A stretch of DNA of 64,000 nt from Chara braunii (GCA_003427395.1 BFEA01000001.1:2155480-2219479), one strand, 5' to 3'. Numbered from the stretch's first letter, positions 24,048 to 38,139 are shown. The notes: generated by a model not told the origin, from the sequence alone. Numbers and translations are program-made.

Positions 24048-27000
24048 CATATGGTGCGCCGGTTCTCTTCGTATGAAAAAAGAATAAGGATCTGCGATTG
24101 TACGTCGACTACCGCAAGCTCAACGCGCAAACCGTCAAGAATGTGGGGCCACTTCCTCGTATCGACGATCTTCTTTAGTGTTTGGGCGACGCGGAGTACT
24201 TTTGAAAGTTGGACTTGAAGTTGGGCTATCATCAGATTTCGATACGCCCGCAAGATCGCTACAACTCCGCATTCAAGACGCGGTACAGGCATTTTGAGTG
24301 GGTGGTCATGCCTTTCGGCCTCACCAATGCCCCGACGACTTTCAAGCGGCGATGACCAACGAGTTTCGCACAATGTTGGATTGGTTCGTGCTGGTCTACT
24401 TTGACGACATTCTCGTCTATAGCTGGAGCTTGGAGGATCATCTCGAGCATCTTCGATGCATGTTGGAGACGCTCCGCCGCGCCAAGTACAAAGCCAACCA
24501 TGACAAGTGCAAATTTGTCCGGCAAGAGCTAGAGTACTTGGGCCATTTCGTCACACCGGAGAGCATCAGTCCATTATCGGACAAAGATTCCAGTCGTCCA
24601 AGAGTGGCCGGAGCCGCGGAACGTTACAGATGTCCGTTCGTTTCTTGGCCTTGCCGGCTACTGCCAGTGTTTTATCAAAGGTTAGTTCGAAGATCGCGAC
24701 CAACTTGACCAAGCTTCAATGCGAGGACCGGCCGTTCAACTTCAGTGAGGATGCGCGAGGCTCATTTTTGCCCTTAAAGCTGCTTTGCTATCAGCAGAGG
24801 TCTTGCACATCTACGTCCCACTATTGTCGAAGTGCGTCACTACCGATGCGTCTGGCTATGGCATTGGTATCGTTCTCGAGCAACACGATGGCTTGAATCA
24901 GCACCCGGTCCAGTATTTCAACCAGAAAGTGCCCGCCGTGCACTCGATCGACGATGCACGGAAGGAGGAGTTACTAGCCTTCGTCCACGCGCTCAAGTGG
25001 TGGCGGCATTCTTTTCTTGGTCGAAGCCAACTCTGATAGGTAACGGATAACAATCCGTTGGTCTTCTACAAGCCCCAAGACACGGTCAATAGCACCATTG
25101 CCTATTGGATGGCTTTCATCGACCAGTTTGACTTTTTCCCTGATCACATTCCAAGAAAGTCGAACCGTTCTGTGGATGCTCTGTCACGATGTCCGGATCA
25201 TTGCACCGCAGTCTACTCGACTTTCAAGATCGATGACGACTTGTGGGACAGCTTCATCTACGGCTACCAAACCGCCCCCGAGTTTCTCGACAAGTACACG
25301 AATTGTTCCTCTCCTAATCCGGTACCATCGCACTATCGGATCCAAGAGGGATATTTGTTCATCCACTCGTGGGGGAGGATCTTTGCGTGCCCAGTGATTC
25401 CCACTTGCGTACTCGGCTTCTCGGCAAGCTCCATGACGCTCCTGCCACCTGGAGTCAATCGAACGATTGGCCGACTTCGCTAGCGCTCTTGGTGGCCCGG
25501 CCTAAGTCATGTGCTATTGTGAGTCATGCGAGGTTTGCCGACGCTGCAAATCCCGCAATCATCGTTCGTACGACGAGTTGTGACCATTACCGGTCCCCTT
25601 GCAGTGAAGGGAAGCGATTGCCATGGATATCACCGGGTTGTTCCCCAAGCACAAGACCGGTGTGGATGGGATTCTCACGGTGGTCGACCGACTCACCACG
25701 TTTGCCATGTTTTTGCCTTGCCGCTATCATGCCAAGGCATCGGAGTTGACGGAGGTTCTTTACGCTAGTTGGATTCGAACCAAGGGTTACCCCAAGGAGA
25801 TCATTTGCGACCGTGACACTCGGTTCATGTCCGTTTTTTGGTTGGTGCTCATCAAACGATGGGGCTCATCTCTCAGGCCACGTTTGAACAGGTTCTCCTT
25901 CGCACTCTCATCCGTCTCAATTAAAAGGATTGGGTTGAGCGGTTGTCGAATGTCGAGTTGGCATACAACTCGTCCATTCATTCCCCTATCGGGATGTCGC
26001 CCTTTGAGTTCGAGCATGGCTCGCCGGTCACTTCTTCGTTGGACACGATCATCCCACGCGCAGCCGAGAGCGACGACCATCTTCTTTTCTTTTCTTTTCT
26101 CTCTTTCTTTTTTTTTAAATTAATTACTCAGTGTTTTTGCTAGGAGAGGTCATACGAGCACCCCCTCCTAGCAAGAGACCTGGGTGCTCCGGTCTATTGG
26201 TGGGGAGCAGCACATGCTGGAAAGCGGGTCCAGCGTCCCATTGCACATCCGATAGCCTGCCAACAGGGATTGCCCTGTTTCCAGCGGATTAGCTGTGCAG
26301 GGTTAATGGTAAGTATGTTGGACAACAGTACACTTCAGGGCGCCACCTCTTCAGTCTGCTTTAGACCGCCAGATCCCTCATGTTTTCCTAGCAGCTACTT
26401 CCTGCTTCTTTTGAATACCCGCTGATGCCTTTTGTGTTCTATTTGTAGATCCGTGGGCTTGTGGTCTTTCCTCTGATCTTGTTCACTCTGCTCCATACCA
26501 TTTGCATATCGACCATTGCCAACTGGTGGGGTGGGAAGGGGTCGGGAAATTATGTGGGTGGTTGCAGTGGGATCTCCTGGCGCACCGTAGTCCAATCATT
26601 GAAACAAATGCGGTAGTCTCTCCTGAATTCCTCTTGGTTACACTCCTGGGCGGGCCTGCCATCCCGTCGGACAAATGCGATCCTGCCCTCGTTCTCACTG
26701 CCCAACCAGTCCCCATAAAATTGATGAATTGCTTGTGTTATGTCCTTTGATGAATGAAACAACTCAAGTTGATTTTTAGCTTTTTGCCTCTGTACCATGA
26801 GTTCTTGTTGAATATATTGTTTTATCATGTATGTTACATCTTCCTCGGCAATGCGAACCCCCTTGATAGCATGGGTACAACGTTTTCTCCAGAGGCTCCA
26901 CATGACTATTCTCCTCCCTAGCTTGAACATGTTATTTTCAAAAGTATTGTCAGTGGGGGTGGTCCATGCCTTGCATAATATGGCCCTCCAATCCCATGGC

Positions 27001-30000
27001 CAATTGGACCCAGTGTCCAACAGTGTCCAGATCCTATCCCACCATCATCATGTAAGAACAGCCCCCAGACACTGCATAAATATATGCTCTATGGTTTTCG
27101 GAATTTTTTTTGGGGGGAAGACTGTGTGGCACGATTTACACCACGGTAGCGCCCAACCCTTCTGCTTTGGATGTGTACAATCTATCAACCAGTTGTTGGT
27201 GGACAGGCAGCGACGTTCTATCTGCCATTGCAGCGAGGCCATCTACGCTGGTCGAGACCTTGTGGCGGTGAACCATCGGATGGGGCGGATTGCCTTAGTC
27301 CCTACATTCAAATGAGACCTCCATCGAGCCTTTACAGTTTCTTTTATGTTCACCTTTGGTCGCAGCAGGCGGTAAGTAACCTTCACCGTTAAGGTATACA
27401 ACTTTAGATTCTCCCCGACCTGCGTTTTCACATAAGGGCCCACTGCCATTCCTTGGGGTCAAAGGGGAACTTTGCCACAGGGGTATTTGGCTGGTATCCG
27501 ATCCACACATCTTTGCCCCGCAACACACGGATCCTGTGCAGGTCTGCATTTCTCCACCATCTCATCACCTCTGGGGTGTATCGAGTGAGCACATTATCCT
27601 TGCCTATGTGGAAGAGGTTAAGCAGCGTTTCGTCCGCTCGTGCCTCCACCACATTGGCTACGCTTTCCGGATCACCTGGTGCCGCTACCCAGTCTCCTTC
27701 TACTACCAGCCGCGGCCCTTTGCGCAAGATGCGCACCCAGTCTAGGGGGATGGCAAAGGTCAACGATTCAATGTGCTCCTGAACATTGTGACAATGCTTC
27801 AATGTAATCCTCAGTTGCTGTGCAGTTTTCCAATTTCCCTTCCCTGTATCCAATATATCTTTTATTCTAGTTATACCTTTTTTGACCCAACTGTTCCACG
27901 GGGTGCTTGAGCAGCAATACACCTTGGTGTACCGGTCCGTAATCCTCTTGTTCCCAAAAAGGGGTTGGCGCATCACCTCCTCCCACCTAGGCAGTGGGGA
28001 TTTGTCAGGCAGCGGAAGTTGGCGCGAGGCTTTCAAAACACGGGCGCAAAAGTCGTCTCTGACCAAATCCAAGCGGATTGTGTTTGGGCACGAAACTCGA
28101 CTGTTTCGAGGGGACTGTGGCACAGTTTAAAAACGGTCTTCCAGCCAGGTTAATGGGTTAACTCCCTGCGGTGGCCGTGGGGCGAGTCTATGTTGAGTGA
28201 AGAGCAATCTCCCAACCCATTGGACCGTTAATGCAGTGATATGGGTATCCGGGTCTGGTATCCCCAAGCCCTGTTTGTCTTTGGGTTGGATCACCGATGA
28301 CCAGACCACCCTGCTAATAACATTCGGGAGCTCACCATTGCCTCTCCATAGCAGGGTCATTAGCTGCCGCTTCTGCGATCGGACAACCTTTTTGTTGAGG
28401 GCCCAAATTGCAGATTTATACCGGCGGGCCGCCAGTACCACGTTGTTGATCGCCAATGCCCTGCCAATGAGGGAGGCGTGTCGGTCTTTCCAGTGAGCCA
28501 GCTTCTCTAAAGCGGGCTTCAGGATCCACTCATCATTCGATGCGGGCTTTGCTAAACCCTGACCAGGTCCGTTTCCGGGAGCCACTTGACCCGTGGTTGC
28601 TCAGGGCGGCGCGCCACTTGATGGTGGATTCACGACCCCAAGGTTTTGTTTCCCCAGTTGATGGTCATGTCTAATACCGCTGTGAATCGGTCAAATAATC
28701 GCATGATCTCTTCCATTTTTGTTGCGGTTGCATCGACCATAAGTGTCAGGTCGTCTGCAAACATCAGACAGATAGGGATCGCGTCTTCTGAGATAGTCGA
28801 GATGTGCAGCTTCCTCAGGTCTTTGTTGGCGGAGGTTCGCTGTCAGCGCCTCCATCACAATTATGAACACGAAGGGCACCAAAGGGTCCCCTTGGCGAAC
28901 CGACCGTTGCAGCGCGAAGGCTGGCGCTATCCTTCCATTGACTTGGAAACACGTGGTGGCGTTGTGATGTAGTATTTGGGTCCAGCGCCAAAAAACTGGC
29001 GCGATGTTCATTTTCTCCATACATTTGTCTAGGAATAGCCAGTCCACGTGGTCGTAGGCTTTTTGGAAATCAATGACGACCACGATCGCATTTTGCTTGT
29101 CCTGCCTTGTTAGTTTAAGAAGTTCGTTGACTAATAAAATGTTATCCTGGATCCTGCTTCCTTTGACAAATCCGGTTTGCGTCGGATGGATAATATCGTC
29201 CAATACCGGGATTAGTCGGTTTGTTAGGGTTTTCGCTAGCATTTTATAAACGATTGTGAGCAAAGTTATTGGTCGGTAGTTCCAAATATCCATCTCGTCT
29301 CCCTTTTTGTGCAACAAGGTGAGAACGCCTTGCCTCACCAACACCCCCATCAGTCGTGTTTCCCACACCTGCTGATAGAACTCCATGAGGTCAACTACTT
29401 GTCAAGGCACGCAACCAGGTAGTAACGCATGAGCCAACAGGCCGATCGGCAGCATCTTCCTTGTCCATTCCGCCCAGCGACCTCGTTTGGGTTTAGTTCA
29501 GCCTCGAACAAGACATCTCTCGCAAGCTCCTCCCAAAATGAATGGGGCCCTGGCCGATCGTAGCACCCACTGGGGATCCACCCAAAAGACCTTCATTTGT
29601 CATTCAGGTGCCCGCCCACTTGTCCGTCCACCCGGTTTTTCATTGCTCCAAGTTGGCTTTATTTACTCCAATGGAGCATGACGACTTTCCCGGCGACGAT
29701 CACAAGGACCCGCCCTCTATGGACAGTTTTCAAGAGGTTGGCGACATCATTTCCCAACGACTCTACGACAACAAGTTGACCGAGTACTTAGTACACTTTT
29801 TGTACTACAGCCATAAAGCTCACTATTGGTTGCCCGTGCGGAACTTCAAGCAACAGCCCCCGATGTTCTCACACGCTACGAACGCAAGTTGCAAGACCAG
29901 CCGGTACCTTTGGCTCGACGTCGTACTCGAGTCCAGGTTCCACCATCAGATCGTTAGCTTCGCCCTTGACCCGGCTTGACTTCATAAAGAGGGGGGGGTG

Positions 30001-30085
30001 TTACGAGCTACGCCTGCACACGGGCCCCATTTCAGGGGCCCGACATTGCTGAGGGTCCCCCACGCCGCGTGCCCATCAGACACGC
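24048..30085 (+). mobile_element. Degenerate chromovirus pol (RT-RNaseH-INT-chromodomain) + PPT + start of 3' LTR, interrupted by a LINE
   Basis: RT closely similar to 4860-5430; RNaseH TDASGYGIG; integrase MDITGLFP..VVDRLT..IICDRDTRF. The integrase tail resumes at ~29389 (QLLVKARN..GPWPIV..HPVFHCSKL, chromodomain). PPT AAAGAGGGGGGGG, then TGTTACG at 29999. Confidence 0.9.
26086..29388 (-). mobile_element. 5'-truncated L1/Tx1-like LINE (ORF2 RT + zf-RVT-like), pseudogenised
   Basis: Motifs NYRPITLL, QTGFVKG, DFQKAYD, RQGDP, then FADD in a shifted frame. C-terminal CKSC...EHIFMQC. A-rich tail on the minus strand at ~26086-26116. Stops and frameshifts are present. Confidence 0.93.
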
Positions 30086-32892
30086 TGTCGCACTTTTTCC
30101 AGTCGAGCCCCTTCGGGCGACCAGAAATCCAACAGGATGTCACGCAGGGTTTGGTTGATGATTGCAATAAATTAAATAAATTAAATAAAGCAAATCCCTT
30201 CCTATTGTGTGCGCTCGGCTTCGAGCGAGACCCTTCAATTGCGGTCTTCGCCGGTCCCCGGTCTCGGAACAACAAGAATCATGCAAATATTAATCATAAA
30301 ATTTTGGTATGTCATGCATGCATCAATTTTGCCAATTTTCTGATTTTGACAACTGCGACAAGGATCATCAAAGAACATGAACATCAAGCAAAAACAATGT
30401 AGAAGATGCATGACTGACAAACTTGAGTAGTCAGAAGGATAAATGAGGGAAGAATGAGAACTCATAATAATCTCAGAAAGTACACATGAAGAGAGCATGG
30501 CCAGCACTAGTCAAGAGTCCTCAGTCATCCCTCTTAACCTCACACTCAATCTCTCATTTTGCTGTTTCTTGTGCTTTTGGCCATGTCTTCGTACTCTCTG
30601 AGATAGTGGTCTTTGGATGTTGAGCCACGTGAACCCTATGAGCTCTGAACGCTTCCGTCCAAGTCCCATGATACGAAGGTCAACCATGGCACAAACCTCC
30701 TCCCATAATGTAGGAAGGTATGGCTGAGAGAAGATCCCTCGTCTGAGGTGCTGGAACTCAGATGGTCCGATCACCGACTCGTAGTCGATCGCTGCAGGAG
30801 AAATGTACCTCTTGGTCAGATCTACCAAGTCTCCCCAACAAGAACCATCTGTGAGAGTAAAACGAACCAAAGGCTTGGGGTAATCCGTGTAGAGCTTCGG
30901 CCCCGAAGCTGTGAATCAGCCTCAGCCCGCTCTCATCTAACTCTCTCTCCCTCTCTCTCTAATATCTCACAGCCGCATGCTGACCCTTACACACGCAATT
31001 GCCTAGCCGCCGTCATAAACTTCCCCACCGGTGCAAGAAGTAAAAACGTCCCGCTGGCCACATGCTAGCTAGTCTAGACGCGTGTGCATAGCCTCCTGCT
31101 CGAAGAGGGGAAAGTGGTGTCGAGTGACGACATCACAGGGAAACCCTTCTCGGCGCGCTGCACTACTCAGGTAGATGACTTCAACGAGTAATGGCGAGAA
31201 ATCATGCGCCCCTCCCTTCTCTCGTCTGACTTCCCCTCTCTCCTCCCTCACGTCACCATACCCTCGTGTCCTTCCCTCTCGTAGTCGCTCGCGTCTCTCG
31301 TTCTCTTCGAGATGTCCCTCTGCTGCGCTTTGACCCTCCTTTGGTTTACCAGCCTAGCGGTTCCGGTTCCTCTGTCTTCGTGAACTGGCCTCTAGGCCAT
31401 CCTCCACTGATCCAGCCGGAGGGTGGTCCCGTTGCCATTGGTCCAGACCGTGCCAGGACTAGGTCGTGGCCTCCAAGTCGCTTGCGTCGCTCTCTGCTTC
31501 CGTATCGGGGTCCAAAAGTTGTTCCTCCCTCTCCGTGGTATCCGTAGAGGTCTCTGCCTCTAGGTACGAGACAGTCACCTTGATTTCGTCGGTGACTCCA
31601 TCCCGCCTGCGCCTTCTCTCGGCATGGTCCTTAGCCTCCGTAATCGCTAACTGCAGGCCCTGGTCTGCCCTCATCTCTTCTTCTTTTCCCCCTTCTACGT
31701 TTACCTTCAGTTTCGCCTCTTGCTTACCATAGTTGTAGTCCAGTATAGCCGTCACCATCGGCCCTTCTCCTGACATCCGCTCCCACTTCCAAAGAAACTG
31801 GAGGCACCTTGGCCTAGAGCCATACAACCCGCTGCTACGCACCATGGTTGAGCCCTTCTCAGTTGGACCGTACGAGATGCCAGGCTGCAGAGTTCCAAGA
31901 CAGCCAGGGCCGAACACTCAGAGCATGAGCATGCGGGCACAGGCAGTCCCTTACACTCACCACGCCACCTAGCGCTCTCCTCTCGGTTCACTAGTACTCG
32001 GCGTGGTGAGATTGCTCATGCCCAAGTGGCCAAATGCTTGCTCCACCCGCGCTCTTTATAGGCCCATGACATGCCGCACTTCCCCCTTGCTCTGAGCATG
32101 GGACCCAGTTGGTCTCCCCCCTCCCCCTTTTTTTTTTTTTTTTGAATTCAGCATTTTTGCGGTTTGTAAATTCAAGGAATAATGAAATGAGATAAATAAA
32201 TTAAAGATGGAAAACGAAACGTTGAACCTCATCGGTCATAGCACAGGCAGCAAGCTGGCCATAGTGATCCCATAACGGGATATGAGCGGACGCCTTCCTC
32301 CTTTTTAAGATGAGTGTCGGGCTACCCCAAATGGGTACCCATGTCCGATGGTAAGGAGGGGACTCGTGACCCTGTGCAGGTGCTCCCGCCAATGTGGCCG
32401 CGGGTGCTCCCATTTTGTGGGATATTTGCCGCCTCTTACTGGTCTAGCTCACGACGACTGAAGCGGAAGGATTGGGCAGACTAGGCAACTTATAGGCTAC
32501 TACCGATTTCGAAAACAGATCGTCAGCCCCCCCCCCCTTGGGAAACGGCTGAGGTAAACGATACTCAGAGAACGACTAGCAACATTGATAATAATAGTAA
32601 CAATAATAATAGAAATAATAATAATATCATTAATAATAATAATAATAGAAAAAGGAAAGATGGCGCGTCAAAGTTCTCTTTCGCCGCGACCTCACTAAAA
32701 CCATCAGACACCGAGGCGCTAGGACAACGATCCAAATCTATGCACGAATCCGAAGCCCAACACTGAACCTTTCCCTTTTCCCTTTCTTTTGCGTTTTCCC
32801 TTACCGTCGCCATTGCATCTACCCCAAAACACAACTATAGGGACCTGGCACGTGGCCGAGTAGACCGTGCTAACCCCGCCCTTTCTCTATCA
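30086..32892 (-). mobile_element. 2.8-kb LTR-like insertion with internal ORF remnants, inserted in the chromovirus 3' LTR
   Basis: TGTCGCAC at 30086; CACGC at 30081-30085 and 32891-32895. Minus-strand TATA CTATAAAG at ~32055-32062. ORF remnants at 31459-31917 and 30511-30870. Confidence 0.55.
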
Positions 32893-33419
32893 CGCTAGGC
32901 AAATCTGGCGGTCACTTCAGCTACTGACTGGCCCGCTGTAAGGCAGGGCACCGACCCTGTGCGGTGTCACTAGGAAGCCCAGTAACGGGGCTTGTCGATT
33001 CTGCATGACCCTGCGGACTGGCACCGGGTCTACAACGAAGGTATGTGGGCATACACAACCATGAGTGAGCGGATGTACGGTACGCAGCGGACTCGATACG
33101 TGAGCAGGCACTTGGTGCACAGCGGACTCGACCAGCGAGCAGGCACTCGGTACACAGCGGAGGGCCGGAACACCGTGCCCTCCGACAGTGCCAGCTAGAC
33201 TTGCCTGCAGCAGAGTGCCGCCTTGAGTACACCTGGCGCACTGCAGAAATCCAGTATCCTACGAAGGCCCATGCAGCAACAGGTTCCCGAGCTGGTAACA
33301 GGTAAGTAGCGGGTCCGAACAAGCATTGGGTACTCAGCGGAGGGTCGGGACATCGCGCCCTCCGACAACGCCCCCGGAGGCCCATGGCAGCCATTAGGCC
33401 GCAGGTACAACCTCTCGAG

Positions 33420-34357
33420 AGCATTTATTTATTTATTTATTTGCTGTCCTATTCGTGTCGTTTCAGATGTCGTTTCGGACTTGCAATCCCCAAGGCAGTG
33501 CCTTGGGGCTGGGGACACCAGGAGGCAGGGTCAATAGAGGCGAGGTGCACATTTGGCGCCCTACTGCATCAGCAGCACGGTCGGGGCCCCTACCAGGCGT
33601 CCAGACCGTGTGGGCCGTTTCTCAGGCCAAGCAGAGGCACACCGGCAGGCCCAGCGCTGTATATAGCTGGGCCACGGCCAGGGCAGGCACACAGTTCGGG
33701 TACCTCACTTCTTGAGCGACATGGTGCTGGACTAGTGCTGCGCTGCTTAGCGTTGTGCCCAGATAGAGGTGTAGGTAGAGGACGGGCGGAGGCCATACAG
33801 GTGAGACAGCGAGGAGGACGACATCTCATCTCCCTCTCGTCTCCCTCCTTCCTCATCCTTCCTCCTTCCTACTTTCTTCTTCTTCTTCTTCTTTAGAGAG
33901 AGAGAGAGAGGTTACAGGCATAGCGCCCTGGATCTGATCCGACATTTTTGAGGAAGACATTGATTGGACACTCGGCAAGGGATTATTTTTGGACTTCGCC
34001 ATAGCGATCGTGGTCTTCTCCCTTGCCTCCATCTTCAGCTCGCCTCTCCCCCCATCACTCATCCGTGGTATTTCCCCCATGTGTGTGCACAAGGAGGGAC
34101 CTTTCTTCCATGTATGCGGTCCCTCCTCATCCGCTCACATGTGTGGTGTATGATGGGATATCGCGTCAGTCTCAGTCAGGTCAGACTATATCTTTGAGTC
34201 TTCCGCTGCGCTACATTGTGGCATTTTGTATGTATCGGGATGTAAATTGATTGTTGATGCTTCACTGACAATGCCTGACATTGCGTTCTCCATTTCATTC
34301 CTTTTCATCACTTTGCGCATCCTTGGCTCCATACACATTGCCCGACTTGGCATGTGT

Positions 34358-34359
<2 letters not shown>
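33420..34359 (+). mobile_element. Remainder of the chromovirus 3' LTR
   Basis: TATA GTATATAGCTGG at ~33659, similar to 18047 and 56630. The 3' part is homologous to 5433-5768 and ends GGCATGTGTCA. Confidence 0.7.
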
Positions 34360-34428
<69 letters not shown>

Positions 34429-34530
34429 TGTATCTACGTGCGTGCGTTTGTGTTGTGTTGGCTTTTCTGCTCTAACTGCTGGGCTATATTGACAACCTGG
34501 CTAATTGTGATTGTATTGACTTGTGCGCAG

Positions 34531-34589
34531 GACGAAGAACTAGCCCAAGTAAGGGCACGTTTGGACGAGTTCATTTTGGAGAGGGAGAG
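34531..34589 (+). CDS. POK-like gene 59-bp exon (DEELAQVRARLDEFILERE-R)
   Basis: TGCGCAG| acceptor and AG|GTGAGC donor; ends in phase 2, matching the next exon. Confidence 0.85.
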
Positions 34590-35322
34590 GTGAGCTTCAT
34601 CCATATCGATGTCCATTCCCTTTGTTTGAGAGTGTCAAGAGTTCGAAATTTACACTTCAGGGTTCTGCTTGAATTAGTTTGATTCATGGAAGGTATTTGT
34701 TTGTCGTGCTTGTCATGAGTCATATTGATGCCAAAAGAGCAGATAGAACTGTTGTGAGGGCAGATTTTGAATGATCTCTGCCCTTTTAATGTATCATCTG
34801 CTGCCGCGCCTTTCCGGAACGTTCACTTTTCTCCAGTCTCATTTGGAATCATGTGTTGTGTTTGGCGTTGTTCTGCATCTTACTTTCTTCAGTATCAAGG
34901 GAAAGAAGCGTATCTCTGAAAGTTGCACCTGCATCACAAATTCGCAAAATGCATCATGACTTCTTGTACGGGGCTGTGGTAAAGGATATGGAAAAAAGGG
35001 CCTTGCTCCACTTTCCACCTGCACAAAAGCAAGAAAATACAGCGGTGTATCTTTCCATTTTCTAGCTGAAGATTCATTCTCATTTTGCGCATTTGGTGAG
35101 TAGTGGAGCGAAGCCCAAAGGACCAAAAAAAGGGGGAAACGTTTTGGAAAACAAACATTTAAAGGAAATTTATGCTTTGTGGAGGCACGTCATGAAATCA
35201 ATTTCTTGATAGCAAAACAGAAATAAGAAAAGAAAAAGGAAAAGGGAAGGATGTTTGTTACTCACAAGTCTCGTCAGGGGCCGGGTCCCACGTACGCCAT
35301 TTGAGTTGGGATAGCCCAGCGG

Positions 35323-37940
35323 TGTGACATGTATTTCGCATGTTTTACAAATTACCATCAGTTTTCCAAGGTGTTTTTTTTCAATGTGCGAGGGAACCAG
35401 CCCTCGGCAGCGCCTAAGGGCTCCGTGTTTCCTACTTGTGCCTCCCTAAGTTAAGTCGGGCCTGCTTTTTGCTAGGGCCCTCTGTTTCGAGGAATTGGTC
35501 AGGCCCTGGGCTCTAGACAGGTACTGGGCGCCAGTTGGTTACAAGGCCCCAGCAAGCTGTGTGACCAAGTCCTTGTGAGCCTTCAAGGCTCTCCCTGGCT
35601 GCGATGTGGAATCAGGCCTCTGGTCAATGGGGAAGGACTGAGTAACACACGCCACGTCGCACAGTTGGGCTTGCCTATTGCATCGATCTTAGGTCGGTAT
35701 CTGAATGGGTCCTGGGCGCAGACACTTTGGCACGAGTGGAAGCTACTGGTGGGCCCTAGTGTGGGCCAGCACTTTCCGTTGTCGGGACCTGTGGTTCCTG
35801 AATCAAGTCCCGACCCTTGAGAGAATATATGGCTAAAGTGTGCACGACAGAGGAATCCGGGAAGAGTGAGTAAGAGAGGCAGGAAGAATAAAGGAATAAA
35901 GACGGGAGCGTCGGTACCTAGGGCCTTGAAGGATGCCCAAGGCCGTTGGAGCCATTGAGCCAGAAATAGACCAATAGAATGCTGGGCGACAAAGTGCTAC
36001 AGGAAGTTAGTAAAGGCGGCCCTCCTTATCAAGGGACCGTCGGGAAAATAATGCTTGTCTAAGCGCCGCAGGTAGAAGGGGGCGAACGGCGTCAAGGAAA
36101 CTAAGCGCCGCAGGTAGAAGGGGGCGAACGGCGTCAAGGAAAATATTGTCGTGACACCGACACACGAGAACATAGCATGCAGCCGAGGAGGCCATTTGAA
36201 TTTAGCATGAGGAGGGCCAAAGGGCCATGGACCAAGCAAGGAGACGCAAAAGACGGACTAGCAAGGCCACCCGAGCAAGTGTCGGGCCACAAGCAACCTT
36301 AAAGATGAGTGGCCTTGGGAGCCATGATAAAAAGGACTATAAAAAGAGGAAGAGAGCCTCAATTTCGAGAACCCTAGGCCTTGAAACTGAGAAGAGACCC
36401 AAAGGGAATGCAGCGGACCACAAGGGAGTGCCAAGGCCATGAGAAAAAGAGCCTTGACGACCACAAGCCACTAAAAAAGGAGGCCCACAAGCATGAGGCC
36501 CAAAGAACAGTGTGGAACGGCGACCGTGGGATCAAGATCACGCAGCAAGAAATAATCGGCACGCTTGGACATGTCAAGAGGAGGAAATTGGGATTGTCGG
36601 GGACTAGGGAATTCCAAATAAAATTGGGACGGCATGGGACCGAGTAAAAATAATCGCATTTTGGGACATGTGCCGACGGGACTACCGCCGGAGACAAGTA
36701 CTGACGGGGACTAGTGCGGGACAAGTGTCGGGGATATGAGTTGTCCCAAGGAAGAGTTGTAGAGCGGCATGAGGAATAAATATTTAGAGCAAGCTGCGCC
36801 GTCAAGATCAAGATCTTAACGGTCGAGAATATTAACACCACTAGTGGGAGCAAATGGGAGAGTCTGAGAGGAAAAAGGAAGCAAAGAATTGTGAAGGAGG
36901 GTGTGGACTGCAATCTGGGATATCTCGGATCAGCCACCCGAAAGAAAACGGAATATTGAGGAGGCTCCATGAGAAAATAGGCTACCTAGAGAAAATCGGA
37001 GTAGGAGGGGCCACGGTTTGGAGAAAAAGGAGGCAAAATGGGGCTCCCATGAGCGTGGGGGAGCCACAGTTGCAGTTTGAGAAATAACAGACTGCACCTT
37101 GGGCATGATCTAGACATGAATCAAGATGTAGGGCCTAGAAAAAGCCTCAACGGCTAGTTGACACTTCGCATGTCAGAAAAAGAAAGAAAAAGGAGAGAAA
37201 AAGGAGGGAGAATGAGACAAAAAAGGATTTGAAAATGAAAGTGAGACTATGAGGAGGCTCTAGAGGCAGGCCGAGCTGGTACCAACCACTCGGACTGCAT
37301 GTACCTAGCCAAAAAGAGGCTCAGGTGCCCTCAGAGAGGCCTAGTGGTGAGAAAAAGCCTTGGGGGTACCTCGGTTCACCATGGGGCACATGGAGAGGCC
37401 CATGGGCTGGCCAGAATGTTGTGCCCAACCTATATAAGCTGGGGGAGCAGTCCACCACACGCACATTTGCATGAGGCAAGTACATGCTGCCCGCATGAGC
37501 CCAAGAGAGCTCTACACTCAACTGGAGTGAGAGGAGGGGAACCATCGCCAGTTCGGAAGCTTGGAGGAAACTGTAGGCTAGTGGGAGAGGTTGTTGAGAC
37601 TAGTGGAGGTTGTGCCAGCCTAGGGAAATAATCCGCCATGCCCCCAGGCTGTGAAGGAGAGAGGGAGGCTAGTAGGGGTCCATTTAGCCCTCCTAGAGGG
37701 GAGAACTCCATAGCCTTAGTGGTAGGAGTTTGCCATAGCTTGAGAGAGACTGAGGAAGGAAGGAGATGAGGGTTTGAAGAAGAAGGAAGCCATAACTGGT
37801 TTGCAAGAGTGCAAACAGGGAGGGCTTTACTAAGGCTGGCATCTCCATATCAAGATACTAGAGGACACGAGTGAGAGGCTTTTTTTTTTTTTTTTTTTTT
37901 CCCTTTTTCTTTTTTTTTTTTTTTTTTCTCATCTTCTTCG

Positions 37941-37971
<31 letters not shown>

Positions 37972-38130
37972 TCCTTCTTCTTCTTCTTCTTCTTCTTCTT
38001 CTTCTTCTTCTCCTAATTAGTGTTCACTTTTCTCCATCTCCTTCCTCTCCTCTCTCCCCCTCTCTCCATAACTGACATACTAAGCATGGGAAGATAGGAA
38101 GTAGCTTCTTCACTAGAGATTGCCTTCGTG
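35323..38130 (+). mobile_element. Probable long LTR/5' region of a large Gypsy element
   Basis: Starts TGTGACATG; TATA CCTATATAAG at ~37429; poly-T/(TTC)n tract. Boundaries and TSD not resolved. Confidence 0.4.
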
Positions 38131-38139
38131 TTGTTTATA

